DNA from: Clostridia bacterium
GTDB lineage: Bacteria; Bacillota; Clostridia; Christensenellales; QALW01
DNA: 37,612 bases
Assembly (NCBI GenBank): GCA_045536015.1
Contig: JAZSMS010000058.1
Coordinates: 1 to 37,612, forward strand
Reading direction: 5' to 3'
A program made the translations under genes and the position numbers. The notes under the pieces were generated by a model, which saw nothing but the letters and a program-made list of their open reading frames with translations, was not told where the DNA came from and did no database searches. This document shows positions 35,970-37,612 of the stretch, piece by piece. The first letter of the stretch is position 1; the number at the start of each line of letters is the position of its first letter.

Positions 35970-37612
35970 ATGGAAAACAAAAATTTGCTTTTTAACGGTG
36001 ATCTTAAAAAGTTTTCAGAGGAAAAAGGTTTTGATGGTTGGGTTTGGTTTGCAGAAGGCAAATGCGCAATGTCGCGAGTTGAGGATGACGGAACTCCTGT
36101 TTTGGCAGTTGATTATCAGCAAAATGCCCATATACACTCTATATTAGAGTTTACCAATACTGACGAGGCCAGACGAGAATTAGCACAAAATTTAAAGAAA
36201 AACGGCCCTGCTATATACGAGCTTTCGTGCTATCTAAAGACAACAGACGAAAAATCAATAGGCAAAACCGTTCAGTTAAAAACGCACTACGTACATAAAG
36301 ATGCTGAGGGCAACGTTGCATCGCGCAACGACGTTTGTGCCGAAAAGATAATGCTTGACACCTCTTGGCACAAGCAACAGCTTAATTTTGTTATTACTTT
36401 AGAAGAAACAAATGAACACGGGGTAGAGCAAGAACTTGACTACGTTGCAGTTGAGTTTGTTGTAGTTGGCAACGTTGACGTTTCTGTTATGATTAAGGAT
36501 ATCGAAATTAAACTTATAAAGCTTGTTGCTAAGGAAGATCTAATTCCTGCTCATAATATTATCGATAACGATAGGTTACAAATTGGTGCTATCCGTTGGG
36601 ATATTTGGTCAGGCACGCGTAAGGCAGCAAAGATAAATGATGTTATTGCGCAAGATGAAAAAGAAAATACCCAAAATGGAACTAAAAAGGTTAGCATAAC
36701 CTCGCCCGAGATGATGATGCGTACGCTTTCATATTATCCTTTCCGAGCACCGTACTTTGTTAATTATGAGGGCAAGCAGGAAAACGGCGACGTTGAAATG
36801 TCAATGAATTCCTGCTATGAAGCAAGCGGAAAAACTTATACTATAGACGACGTTGCTGACGGTTTGAAACAAAAGGAATATCCTTATTTGTACGGCGTTG
36901 CTTGGGAAGAAGAGGCTAAAATGGCAATGGATGCAGGTATAGACTACTTTGCATATCTTCACGTCGCTCTTGATGTGTCGGCACCGAGACCTTCTGATGA
37001 GCCTGCAATAGCACACGCGGCAACAAACGGTTTGCTTGAAGACGGCAGACAGATGAAAATGGTTTGCATCCTTCAGGACGATTATACTAACGTTGTTGAT
37101 ATTGATACGCTTGAAAGTGATGAAGAAAAGCTTGCTTCGATAAATGTTATCAGACGCTTAATTTATCAGGCAATGGCACAAACGTGCTATCTTAACGTTA
37201 AAACCGAAAAGGGCGAAATACCGATAATGCACGTTTATCCCGAGGCAGCCGCCAGAATAAAGGTGCCCGGTCGTCTTGATTATTACACTAAAGAAGCACG
37301 CTTTTATACGCGTTATCTTAATAAAATAAATCCAGAAAAATACCATACAGTAGACGATATATATTACGTAGCGTATACTTGGCCAAGAAACCATCAGCTT
37401 GAGGACGCACATCTATATAATTATCTTGGCTATGATGCTCTTTCAAAATATGCTATTTCGCCCAATGTATTACAAACGCAAAAGGAAGAAACAAACCGTA
37501 TTTTAGATCAAAAGGCAGATAATCTGTTCTCGCGCGAGAAAAATCAAGAATATCATAATGTTGTAGTTGAGGGTGCACCGTGTGAGTGGCAGTATCTTAA
37601 TAGAATAACTGA
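35970..37612 (+). CDS. Hypothetical protein, paralogue 3, 3'-truncated by the window edge (absent from the ORF track)
   Basis: AAGGAG RBS, ATG 35970. Reads MENKNLLFNGDLKKF...GAIRWDIW...SPEMMMRTLSYYPFRAPYFV...AMDAGIDYFAY...EWQYLNRIT at the window end, in the same frame as the start. Confidence 0.8.
   Translation, partial: MENKNLLFNGDLKKFSEEKGFDGWVWFAEGKCAMSRVEDDGTPVLAVDYQQNAHIHSILEFTNTDEARRELAQNLKKNGPAIYELSCYLKTTDEKSIGKTVQLKTHYVHKDAEGNVASRNDVCAEKIMLDTSWHKQQLNFVITLEETNEHGVEQELDYVAVEFVVVGNVDVSVMIKDIEIKLIKLVAKEDLIPAHNIIDNDRLQIGAIRWDIWSGTRKAAKINDVIAQDEKENTQNGTKKVSITSPEMMMRTLSYYPFRAPYFVNYEGKQENGDVEMSMNSCYEASGKTYTIDDVADGLKQKEYPYLYGVAWEEEAKMAMDAGIDYFAYLHVALDVSAPRPSDEPAIAHAATNGLLEDGRQMKMVCILQDDYTNVVDIDTLESDEEKLASINVIRRLIYQAMAQTCYLNVKTEKGEIPIMHVYPEAAARIKVPGRLDYYTKEARFYTRYLNKINPEKYHTVDDIYYVAYTWPRNHQLEDAHLYNYLGYDALSKYAISPNVLQTQKEETNRILDQKADNLFSREKNQEYHNVVVEGAPCEWQYLNRIT

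Noticed and set aside
36801-37412. Two minus-strand ORFs at the window end
   Set aside because: Antisense to the third paralogue, which the ORF track missed because it has no stop inside the window.
31715-37612. Diversity-generating retroelement or prophage explanation for the paralogue similarity
   Set aside because: No reverse transcriptase, integrase or phage genes in the window, and no non-coding template repeat.

Overview
Low-GC Firmicute (Clostridia-like, by gene content and order) chromosomal segment, mostly housekeeping genes with several accessory inserts. In order: the 3' part of a large sortase-anchored surface protein with isopeptide-domain repeats; an EF-G paralogue; spoVG-glmU-pth-mfd-prsA-like (prs absent, pth lacks a canonical start); a terminator-bounded divergent cassette of an LtaS/sulfatase-like membrane enzyme, a YidC::TagB/TagF-like fusion and a 64-aa single-pass 'YIDP' peptide; a stand-alone B12-independent glycyl-radical propanediol dehydratase with its activase; apgM-CPBP-rlmH-(degenerate M14 lipoprotein)-tadA; a CDF transporter; yabO/rqcP-ispDF-radA-yacL; and a tandem array of at least three ~700-aa paralogues with a GH99/WbsX-like motif set (the third runs off the window). 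I saw no rRNA, tRNA, CRISPR array or mobile element. The best candidate for an undescribed system is the LtaS-like/YidC-TagF/YIDP-peptide cassette (14332-18630), followed by the paralogue array. All calls come from reading motifs by eye; no searches were run.
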